From Catajapyx aquilonaris (Eukaryota), in the NCBI GenBank assembly GCA_000934665.2, contig KZ538719.1, positions 1 to 51,973 of the forward strand: 51,973 nt of DNA. Direction: 5' to 3'. The notes beneath the pieces were generated by a model. That model saw only the letters and a program-made list of their open reading frames with translations, ran no database searches and had not been told where the DNA came from. A program made the translations under genes and the position numbers. Each line of letters starts with the position of its first letter. The first letter of the stretch is position 1. This document shows positions 23,401-35,400 of this stretch, piece by piece.

Positions 23401-26400
23401 AATTATTAATGGCCGCCGTCTCTTTGCACGTTGGCCATGATTTCATCAGCTATTTCACCAGTAATTGCATTTAACACGCGGAATATGTTTAGTAATAAAT
23501 ATTACAAACGATGATTGATAGTTGATTCGTCTAGATTAGTGCTGTCATCCTGGGGGATCATGATTTTCTGTTGAATCGCTGCAACAGCTGCGCTTGCATT
23601 CACCTTTCATTTTTTTTTTTGATATACCCCCGGCCAGCAGGTTCAATGGAATAATAGCGCTGCAGGGCATTGGAGGGGGGCATATTATAATTTAATTAAA
23701 CAGCCATCCCCGTGAGTTGTTGGTTTTTTCAGTATTCAGAGAGCAGGAACCACGTAAATTGAATAGCCCAATAGAAATCTAGGCTGTATATTTTTTTATA
23801 GAATCAGCTGGATGTTATCCTGGTAGCCAAGCAACCCCGGTGAGCAGATAAGCCATGCGGGGTTGCCCTGAACACTTAGGATATTTTTTTTGGATGTGGC
23901 TTTTTGGAAGATGTTGACAAGTTCTTGAACTCGGACCGCAAGTTTTGAAAAATCTTATCACGCTTGACCGTGACGGTGGGTCCTTCTCAACTTAAGGATC
24001 GGTTTGGCATAAAATGGGTGTTTGGAGTGTTGGCCCGGAAAGAAGTGTTCGTGTGCACAGGAGGCACGTGCTGGGGTAGGGCCATCTCATCCAGTTCTTA
24101 GTGGCGCGTGTCAAGTGGACCTCAAAGGCACCCCCCCCCCCCCTCCCACAGACCATTCTGCTAGAATCGCTCGTGCCACTGTTCTTGAACCAGGAGATAA
24201 GCAGCAGGGCTCAACTCGAGGGTCACCTGATATCGATCCTCCACTCTGATGAAGACAATTTCATTCGACTTTCCTTCACACACACGAACAGCTTTTTTTT
24301 CGCCGAGCCATACAGTGTGTATTGCTGCTCCTAGGGACGATTGGGCGAAGGTCTGCGGCTATAAATCCGCGAGAGGCTTGTGGGAGAGAGAGAGAAAAAA
24401 AAAGTTTTTGGGTTGGTTGTAATGGTCGCCTGCGGTAAGCCTGCGGGGAGATATGCCTATTCCTCTCCTGCACACCCATAAATCCTATTAGGAGGAACGA
24501 AGCATGCGGACCAAATGGGACGGCCAAGGATTTTGGCCTGGGAAAGAAGCGGGACACGTTTCCAAAGCTGGGGAGGGCTTTATATGTGACGACAGTAACA
24601 ACTGTGTCGCGCGTTACTTGGGGGACACATCAGCGACATCGTCTGAAAAATAAATATAATTAAATTATGAATGCCCCAGCCTGTTGTTGTTGCGTCGGAT
24701 GCAGTCACACGCACGGAAAGTTGCCGCGAGTAAATTGCATTTTATGCATGTGCAGGGTGGGACTTAACATCATGTTTGATGCATATTTTGACCCCCCCTT
24801 TTTCTGTAACACAGGTCTGTTTGCTTTGGTCAAGGTATATACGCGGTTTTTGTAGTAAATATTAAAAATGGACTGTTCGAGCAGGAAGCTGTACTTGTGT
24901 TTGTGCTGACGTTCTGTGATGTATTGTAATTGTTGCATTAGACCTCATGGAACATCTAGATCCACTCAGTTTGTACCTATAGGATAAATTATGTGACATT
25001 ATGGCTTACCGTGTATACACAGCTAGAAAAAAGTGGGTGCACTTTGTGGTGCCTTGCTCCTAGGGTTCAAAATGATCAACATTGCATTAGGTCCGCCATC
25101 TACATTTCAGGCTGCTGAAATATCAACGTGTTTACATAACGTGATACTGCACGGGGAATTAAATAACAAAACAATCGAGGTTTTTTGTTTTCCTAGGCAC
25201 GAACACCGGTTGCAGGCCCAGTCTACACATGTTATAATTTTTTGGGGTGGCCCCGAGGGTGGAAGACGCCGTGTAAATAAAGGGCCGGGCTTATGTTGTC
25301 CATGAACTGCAGATTAATTATAATTCTGCTGCATATAGTCGAGCCAGAACCGATGCATTATGCGGAATAATTGCAACAAATAAACTGCATATATGGTTGG
25401 TGCCCGTATGTATATATATAGGAGAGGGGTGGAAAGTGCAGCGATGCAGTTGGGGGTCTGTAATTGAATTATAAAACGGCGCCTGTAAATCAGGTTCCAC
25501 CGGATTTGAAAATGGCGGCGGGAAAGAGTCCACTATATATTTTCCCGGAGACATTATCCGGGAGAATTGGGCTCGTAAAGTGGGAAGAAGTGGCCCCTCG
25601 GTCCGCCGATGCGTCTCTTGTGGCTGCTGGCAGTTATCAGAGAATCATAGTCGGTGTCGTGTAATAGTCCGAAGGCGAAGGAATGGGGGAGGAAGATGCT
25701 CTATCTGGAGCTGAGAAATAAAAGGGGTGGAAAACAAATGATGAGAGGCCTGGAGATTGTTTTCGGACCAAAAAAGAAGGGGACCAGTTTTTGCCATGTG
25801 TCTTGAAATCTCCCCCCACCATCTTACCACCCTATTTTTTTTTCCTCCAGAAGCGGCCGGAAATTGGGAATGTTGCAGGAAGGGGTTTGGAAGAAGCCTT
25901 GATTTACTCCGCGCTTACCTGCGTTGCCTTCCAAGTAATCTTAAACTGAAGCCTAATACGACCATGAGGATATTTATGGCGTGGCTTATACCCGGATATA
26001 GAAGACAAAAAGTGTACAGGTTACCTCAAAATGTGATACGAAGACAACTCGTCGTATGGTGCAGCCAACCTGCATTCAAATTTTAATGGTCAATTGTCCT
26101 CTTCCTGAGAGTTGAGAAAGAGAAGCCCTTATATGCAGTTATTCGTAGTCAGTTGCAGTCTCTGGGAAAGTCTACATTGTAATTGCGGGTCACGCCCCTG
26201 TCGTACTTCGCTATTGATAAACCTATTTGAATCCGGTACACGTGTTGTGCACGCAATCCGAGGCGGGAGGAAATTTTGGGGCCGAATCTCTGAAGGGCTG
26301 TTTGGGAGAGAGAAAGGCGACACTCAAAAGTTAGTTCCATCCGTTTTTCCCGAAATGGGGAGCAATTAGCTACAGACCCCCCCCCCCCCTTTCCCTTCCC

Positions 26401-29400
26401 CTCCCCTAAAACTTGTGGAGGCCAGGGCTAAAATCGCGGATTGGAGAAAGAAAACGTCCGCTCCCTTAGCTTCTCTCCGGGGTTTGAGCATTTCAGACCG
26501 CAGTTATATCCCGCCTAAAGGGAGCTATCCACCACTTTTGTCGCCCCCGAGTTCAAACGTGCCCCCCGGAATACGCAAGGGGTGCCCTTAAAATAGCGTA
26601 AAACTGCGAGCCTTTTACGACCAGGTGTAAGTCACGCTTAATTGCGGACACTGAAATTCCTGCCTGACCTGACTGAGGCTGGGCCACATCAGAGTTTCCT
26701 GATGAAAGTCTATCCGCGATAAATCGAGAAAATCGACATGGTAAATATATCGACGCTAGGTTCGATATATCGATAAATATCGCTGACGTGTTCGATATGC
26801 CGATAATATCGATCTTTTGGTCGATGTATCGACAGTATGTTCGATAAGTCGAGAAATATCGCTAGTCCGTTCGATATAACGAGAATTCTCGATCTCATGT
26901 TCGATACGTTGAGAAATATCGCTGGTTCGTTCGATATAACGAGAATGATCGATCTCATGTTCGATATGTCGAACTCTACCGTACCCGTGCTTATGATTGC
27001 GCGCTGTTCCGGTACATTATAGGAGGTCAATGCTGTCATGTGTACCTGGGGGGGACATGAAGGCATTGAAAACGAAACTGGTACCCCTTTTACGGCGGCG
27101 AAAACCCAAGGCGCGTCTCAAAAAGAAAAACGATTGGGATCTTTCATTTCCAGCTTAGGTTTTTCCCCCCATTGTTCTCGCCTGACAAGCTTCTCTTTGA
27201 AGAGGCGTCGTTTTCTTTTCACGATGGCATCGACACTGGGCCCTTTTGTGGGCCCTGGCGCGACTTGTTGCTGTTGACATGCTTTCTGTGTGAAAAGCTA
27301 TTGTGTCACTCACAATATCTTTTAGGCGAGGGCCCGCAAGTCAGACTGATGCTGATTGGAATTGCCAGGGGCAAATACCTATCGAGTCATAATATTTCCA
27401 GGCAGGTGACATCCACACGTCGATTCCGTAGAGACGGCTATACATTTTAACGTAATTGCGTTTCAGGCATTCCCATCTGCTGCAGGATGCGGTCAAAAAA
27501 AACTCTTGTTTTCCCCCCCTCCCTTTAAATGCCAGATCGCACCAATTGGATTACTCCTAAAGCTGATTGCGAAGTAATTGCGCTGATTTAGATTCACAGC
27601 GTTTCGGCAGGTTGAATGAGGAATCTGCGAGCGTCTTGCTGATATCTTGTGAGAGTAGATGGAACTGGCGGAATAGTTATTAGGCAGGGAGATCAGGAAT
27701 TAGTCTGAGACGCCTGATTACCCTGCGGTTTTCGCCAAATCATTACTTAACTCCCTAAAGCTGAGGGGGCCACCCGGGTTGCTGGGGCTCCAGGATGAAT
27801 CTGAGGTCATTTCCACTCGGGAGGACCGGAATGGCATTGCTCAGGCCTCTCTCCCTTTCCCAGACTTAATGCGACAAAGGGAGGGGTCGCAGGAGGCTAT
27901 TAACACGTTGTCTCCTCGCTCTGTCGTCGTCCTTCCCCCCCGACCCCAACCCCCTTCATTTCACAGGGACGCGACTCCGAGAAGGCACAAAAACTGGGAG
28001 GCCCAATTGAATAGTTGGGGGAGCTGGAAAGACCTGCTCCAACAGAGCTGAAAATGAGTCCTTATCGTCGGTCCAAACTCAACTCTGACTGCACCCCCAC
28101 CTCTCCTCCCCTCCATGGAAAATATTAGCTCTGAAGGAGAAAAAAAGAGGAATCCCTGCTTATCTACTGCCCCCCCTTTTGCTCTTAATCGGTGCACGTG
28201 CGCAGTTTATCCTCCAGACCTCTCCCCATGGCCACTAATGGCGGATTACTTCTCCCGCGTTTAAGTCGCCTCCAACTGACTGACTTGAGACAGACGGCAG
28301 CTTGTTTTGCTGCCATGGCAACCCCCGGAAGCTGTGGAAGCCCCCCCTCTTTTATCGGAGCGGAGGATAAAAGGGAAATTGACTGTGCTGTTGCCCCCTG
28401 CCATATTTGCTGCTTCCCTTCCTGCGGATTTTTTTTTGTGAGCGAAAAATAAAGTCTGAAAGTAGCTACTAAGCCGACATCAGTTGCTTGTGGCGTTTAT
28501 GGCACACCCTGTATTTTAAAAGCTGACGGAGCAAGCCCATCAGACTGAGGATTTTTGCATCCGATCTGACAGATGGAGGGATTGAACACTTAGCTTTTTT
28601 GTTGGGGGGGGTTGATTTTTTGACGTTGCGGGAATTTTTGCAGTAGCAGCTGTCAAACCAGCCTTTTGTGGACGTGTAAACTGACGGGGGAGGTCCGCAA
28701 TATGAGGGGGGGACATATGCGACATGAACATGCAGTTTGTGAATTTTGGGCGGTGGTGCATTTCGTGTGCAGGCTTTAATCACCGGAGCTGACGAGTCGG
28801 ATAATTAATGGTCGAAACGTGAGGGCGGTTGTTCCTCGTGACCTGTGCGATACAAGGACTCTCATGGAGAAGCCAGGGGTTTTGAAACAATGCCGAGCCC
28901 TCTTTTTGCGGCTCTTTTGTCAGCTGGTGGGCAGGACCACCACGCTCCTTCTGTTTTCCGCTTCGGTGTTTTCAATAAAATAACTTACTGCCAGTATAGA
29001 AACCCCCCTCGATGAGAGATAAAAAAAAAGGTGACAAGTACAGTACAAAAAAGGAACCGCTTTCCCAGGGGAAAGTCCTCCATTTTGACACATTCTTGTG
29101 GTGTTGGGTGCTTTTTTTTTTGTTGCGGGCTCTCTCTGATTATTTCCAATCCAGGGGTCCACGTTGCATGTACAATTCATGAATGCCTCGGGAAAGAAAA
29201 CCTGGGGTTGATTAAGTAATTAATTTTCTGAGGGGGTGATGTTTTGCAATTTCAAACCCCCCTGGTTGGTGCCAGGAATTTATTTATCAGTCACGCTTCG
29301 CCCACGAAAGGAGCCCTGGAGTTCATGCATAGTAATAGTAATAATAAGACTACTACTACTAATAATAATCCCCACCACCCAGCAATCTCATCACGGAGGC

Positions 29401-32400
29401 CCACTTTGAATTTATTAGGCGGCCCCCACCGTTATAGCTATTTAGAGAAATTTCTGGGCTTTATTTATGGAACCGCCTAGTTGCTTAAGGTAAACAGGAT
29501 AAATAATGTGTCTTCCAGCCTGAAACGCATGCTAGCTACTTGCAGGAGGCAATCAGGATAATTACATTCTCTCCACGATGCATAATTAAGAATGTGCAGT
29601 GGGGAAATTCGCACACTCACTCACACTAACCTTAATCCAATAATTGGGAGGGTATAGCGAGGGGGGTGGCCCGCTCTGATAATTTCTGATTGTGCTCCAT
29701 TAAAGCCCTGGCGGTGAGACACGTGGGGAGGGGTAAGGTAAGAGTAATTATAGCAGCAGATTCTACCAGCCGCATTCTCGAGGGAGTTAACCCTTCTTGC
29801 AATTATCTTCTGGAAGTGGGCTGTACATTGTTGATTTTTCTTGGTGTATTAATGATCGTTTTTCTTGATTTCAGGTGTCTAAGGCGAAAGTGCAGGAGTG
29901 TGGAGTGTACAAGGATTGCGGACAGTGCTTGGGTGCCAAAGACCCTTACTGCGGATGGTGCTCGCTGGAGAACAAGTGAGTAGTGCAGTGATGGAGCATT
30001 CCATTGCAGACACGGCCCTGGTTATTGATTGACCCTCTCGGGATGCCTTGATGACAGCTTCCTGTGGAGGTTTGCATGAGGCTAATTGCACTGCGGAAGT
30101 GGGTCGATTGACATTTCCTATTGCAACTTTGGCATAAGCCCGGCTCTCTGGCAAACCCTGAAAGCATTCTTAGGGTGGGTTTGGGCCCAAACTACGCTTG
30201 ATGAAAATGAGGAGTTGTTTTGGAAAATCTCCTTACCTGCTAACACGAGGGTTGTAAGTTGGGGGTGCATAGATAATACCCCTTTTAATCACGCAAAGTG
30301 CGTAGGGTGCGACCGCAGATGATCAGCACCTTCTCCCCCACCATATTCGTCCATCTTGACATGCTTTTATCAGCATATCAGCAAACACGTGCCAACACCC
30401 AACCCACCTGTATGGGGAAAAAACGCACACACAAAAACCCAAAAAGCCGCGTCGTAAATTATACATTTTGAGGTCGACACAATTGTAGTCTCTGACACCG
30501 CTTTATCCGCATGAATCCTCATTCGGTGGCGCGGGTCCGGTTAATCCAGTGAATCGTATACACAATGTGGCGTCAAATGGAGCAGAAGAGGGTTTAATTT
30601 GAAAACCTCGCCACTGCGGTTGTTGCCGGCGTAAACTATGCCGAAAGACCCAACCCCCATTGCTGGACCAGAAAACTTGACAAATCGTACCCGAGCGAGA
30701 CTTTGAAATGAAGGAGAGTTTTTGGCATTTTGATGAGTTTTTCTCTCCCCTTCCTCCCCCCAAGATGGCGCTTGCAAATTCTGTTATTGTGGAAAAGGGA
30801 CTTAACCCTTTTCTGGTCTCATTGAGATAAGAGTTTTAGAGGCTCAATCATAAGAGTGCTCTCGCTATTTTTTTTCTCTCTTTAAGAAGGAAGGCGTTAC
30901 GGCAGGAGAAACTTGAGCGGTCCATTGTGCGAGAAGCGTTTTTATGCCGACAGTTGTGAGGGAATTGTACACTTTCCTAACTCGGGAGATCCAAGCGGAG
31001 CATTTTTTGGGGAAGGGTAATTGAATTTCCTGAAGCCAGTGCGGCAGCTGAGCTTTGTCACTGTCAATTTCCAGCCCTTTTCCCCCCAGAGGGATACCCG
31101 AAGAGAGACGCGGGACTCTTTTTTTTCCATGGGAAAAAACCTATGTGTTTATATGCTACACACCCCATGCATTACACCTAGGGTGCTAGGAGATGATAGG
31201 ATTAATTAGGAACGTGTCGGACATCATATGCGAAATGTCCGCCTTTTCCAGGTTTTCTTGTATTCAGTACGATTTCCAAAAAAAAGGGGGAGGGGGTTCC
31301 TTTTCGGATTTCCCGAATTAATGAAAAGGTGCACCCAGAGGGAGACGAGTGCCTGAAATTCATGACATGCGTTTTTTTTTTTGGCTGGAAAGTACCGGGG
31401 GTATTAGAGCGGGAGAGATGAGAACTGGGAAAGGGGAATTTCGATTCTCCTCTTCTTTTTTTTTAGCAAAGCCCCCGAGGCAAAAACATTTTTGGCATAA
31501 CTCGTAGAAATTCCTACTATGGATGCACGCCCTGTTGTTTCCCCGGTACCTGCTTTCAAAAGACTTTGGCCCGAGGGAGAAAGTCCAGTTGACAAAATTT
31601 TGCAAAAAGGGAAACCCTTCCCCTCCCTCTTCCCCAAGCAGAAATATTAGCTCTCATCCAGGCGGCAAGAGGCCACAGAGGCAATTTTGCGGCCGGATTT
31701 TGCAACCTTGCTCGGTCAGAGAGTAGTCTGGAATTTCTGCATCTGGGCCACCCCCGCGGTTACGACAAAGAGGCTGCAACCGGAACGAGCGAGGTGATGA
31801 AACCAAACCGCAAGCACAGAAGCACAATTCGGTATACCCCCAAACTTCCGCCCCGTTTTGCCTCTACATTTCATATATTTTCAGCAAAAAGTTCTTTTTC
31901 TCTTTGGCTCAAAAATTTTAGGGCCAGTTCCACCCCCCCTGAAACGTGTTTGAATCCTTGGAGGAATGCGCGCCTTGCTAGGGGGGGATTAGTGAGTATT
32001 GGGGCGTCCGAATGCCGAGGACATGGAGACACTTGAGTTATTGCAAACCGCAGGGCTGCAAGAAGCGGAGGGGGAGACCACATGCCTGGGACACCATCGG
32101 TGTTTTTGCCAATAGCCTGAGCTCCCAGCAGGTACCAATTTCGCATTCCGGAAATGCAATTGCTGGGTAGTACCGTACCAATTTTGATTTTAGCAGCAAC
32201 TATCGTGCAAGTTGTCGTTTGATGTGGCGATGGCCCCAAGGAACTATATAGGGATAGGCTTTGATTAAATCAGGTATGACCACCCTCCTCATGTATTTTG
32301 AATGCGGAACATGCGCAATTGTTTTACGATCAGGGGATTTGCAACAGGCTGTAATGCGGTGTACCGCCCATGTACAGCACCGGTACCCTGCCTGCTCACT

Positions 32401-35400
32401 ATTTACGACTCAGAATAATCTGTCAATGGAACGAGTTGCGCAACATGTTTCACCCGGATTCGCGTAATATCTCACTCCCCCCAAAAAAAACCAGTTTACC
32501 GCAGCCACTTCAGCATATGCCACGTTGTAGCTAATTTAGGGCATGCAATTTCTGGCTGATGAGTCAATGGCTCGTTGCCTTTTTTTGTGTGTGTTTCTGG
32601 CCCCCCGCGTATACACACACGAGCTAGAAAAAAAAATCTGACTAGCGACATATTTGAAGTGGGGGTCCGTTCTTCGAGTTGAGATAAGGAACAGCAAATG
32701 TGTGAGCTGCACGCAGCAAGATATGTTGGCTTACTCACGAAACCTCTCCCCCCACTGTATGGCACGTGGTAATTAAAACATATTAGGGTGGGGGAAACTT
32801 ATGCTCGGGAGAGGGGCGGCCTTAATCTCAATTTTAGGCGTGAAATAGAGCATATTCCTAAAGGCAAAATTTTCTGCCAAATGATTCATTAGCAAAGATT
32901 TTTTTTAGGTCCGAAAGTATCTCCCTGGTCTCATTTTGTCCTGAGGACGTCCCAGCCTGATTTGGGAGGGGGACTTTTTGGAAAGTCCGTCCGGGGAAGG
33001 GAAGCCAGCACTTAGGGCAGTAATCCATTAAAATAATGGATTTGCGAGGGGATTCGTAATGTGCGGGGACAGAGTCGAGGCAGATGCTGCGACTGAGACT
33101 ATGCTAATGAAGCCGAGGATTGGCATTTGGGGACAGGTGTCAACTCGACTGAGAAATACGGCCCCCATCCTCTCCCAGCACCGTCTACCCAACTCTTGAA
33201 GCTGCACTTGGGAAAGAAATGAGCTGGGTTATGACAATAACTTTGGTTTGCATGTTAATGTAATTTATTCACACAATGTCGGGGTTGTGTGTAGGTCCGG
33301 TTGATAACGTAAAGATAGCCAAAACTCGAGGTAAAACATGCAGTAAATGGCCATATGCCACATCCTGAAGCAATTTGTGTTAACCGAGGGTCTTCAAAGA
33401 GGTGCACTTGCGTAATTTTCGGCACATAATAGATGCCCTTGGATGAAATTTGTTGCAGTGATTCTATAGACGGAAGGCCTTGGAGTGTCACCCCATCTTT
33501 GAAAGCTTGTTTTTTAATGCTATTGGATAGATGTCACGGGTACCAACTGGGGGATTCACGCACGTGTGGACCACTGGAGCATTCCGGTGAGAAATGGGTC
33601 GATGTGGGGGGGGAAATGATTTTTTTTTTTCTGGCAGTTCAGCTGGGGACTACAGGTCATTGGGGGGAGTGCGAGAAAAATGGGTTTATGAGAGAAGGCT
33701 TGCAGCCACGGGTCGGGCATATATCTCGACAGAAACCTATGACTGGATGAGGTTTTAGGGAGAATGTCCTGGAAATGCCGAAAAGGCTGGTTCGTGGGGG
33801 AAAGCTTGGCAGCCCTGCGCCTTTTGAATACCTCCCTCGCCTTATATGTCTTCCTGCATCGCGTGAACTTTTATGGGCTTTATGGCATAATGGTCGCGCA
33901 CCCCCCACTTTTTTTTTCGTCCTATATATTCTACCTGCTGCCCCTGCACCCTCCTTCCATACGTCAACATGGCTGTGAAAAATAGGGGACGACTGACGCT
34001 TTCCAATTCCAAGCCATCTGAGTCCTTTACGGGGAACCAGGTTATCGATAAGTGCTCCAATTCTGGCTCTTGGATTCTCTCTGGTTCAACCCACCCGATA
34101 TTTTTTACACGTACTTTTTTTTATATTCGATTATTCCACCCACGGAAGGGTCGCACGCAGAAGTCGGTGTGTCGGATATGGTGTTGCAGTGAAGGAGGTG
34201 TCGTGATAGGACATTAACTATAATTAGGGGAATGCACGGAATGTTTTTTTAAAAGGTCGATATGTCGCCCTGTTTTTTGTCCCACCGGTGCACCGTAAGG
34301 CGTTCATTAGGTTATACGAACGGCGGTGTGTAAACACTGCTCGAGTGCCTCTTTTTATCCGGATTTCCAGGTTTTATGTTGGTGTCATGCTATGCCAACA
34401 TTTTGCGTCCAAGTCCGGGGTGCTGATAGAGCGGTATTTATTGGCTGCCGACATGATATATGGGCCTGTTTTTTTGGGGGGGTATAGAGACAACCCCCCT
34501 CCCCCAGATTGGAGGATGAGTCTGGACTAACAGGCGAACGTCACGTCATATTGGAAGGATGAATATGTCGCTCGACGAGTGCACGACACTCCACGTCAGC
34601 AGAGTGAACCTCCTTTAGCCCCGTGCGATGGGGAAATGTCGGTCGTCTCAAGCACGAAATTAATTTGGGATGGGGGAGGGTGAAGCACCTGGAGCACAAT
34701 ATGGCCTGGTATATATGGATTGTTCCGGAGCAACACTTGGGTCTCCCCAAGATTTAATTCTGGGGAATGCCGAAAGCCCGAGGACAGGTTATGCATGGAG
34801 AAGGAGTCGAAATGCGCGAATCAGAAAGGGCGGGAGTTCTCGTCACGTTTCCCGAGGGGGGAATGCCGGCTATCCATTTGCACAAAGGCTGTCTGTCCAT
34901 AAGGCGGCAGGAATTGCTGTTGCCCTTTGTTGGTCCACACTCTCCCTGGAATGCGCGGCTTCCAAAACGCGATATGCCTGCTTTTATTGAGCCAAGGATG
35001 ACCCCCCCTGTAGCTCGGAGGTATTTGCACATGAACCAATACTCGGCATACCTGCTCGTATGCTTCTTCTCACTGGCTTAACTTTTTATTTTTTGTAGGT
35101 GCAGCCTCAGGAGGGACTGCCAGGATGCAGCTAAGGACCCTCTCTACTGGATATCGTACAAGAGTGGCCGGTGCACCACCATCACATCAGTGGCCCCCAA
35201 TCAGTTGCAGAGAACAACAGCTCGGACGGTAAGAAAAATGTCAAATGTCTGGAGGACTTCCGGTTGGGTAGACCGATTGTCTCTTCCCTAGAAAGTTTTG
35301 TGGGCGCGACCTTCCCTCCTACGCTTCCTTCTGCGAAAAAACCCCCCCGCAAGAGTTTAAATCCGGAAGGGCCCCTGGTATATTTAGACTCCTGGGAGAT

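Noticed and set aside
24950..24975. CTAGATCCACTCA resembling miR-279
   Set aside because: The seed start is missing and there is no complementary arm to form a pre-miRNA hairpin.
26705..26983. CRISPR-like appearance of the periodic array, and ORFs 26710-27066 and 26837-27022
   Set aside because: The units are degenerate tandem copies with no unique spacers, there are no cas genes and the context is eukaryotic. The ORFs are just translations of the repeat.
28781..28850. Hammerhead-ribozyme-like CTGACGA…GAAAC
   Set aside because: Stem II (GTCGG/TGGTC) does not pair properly and no NUH cleavage triplet sits in the right place.
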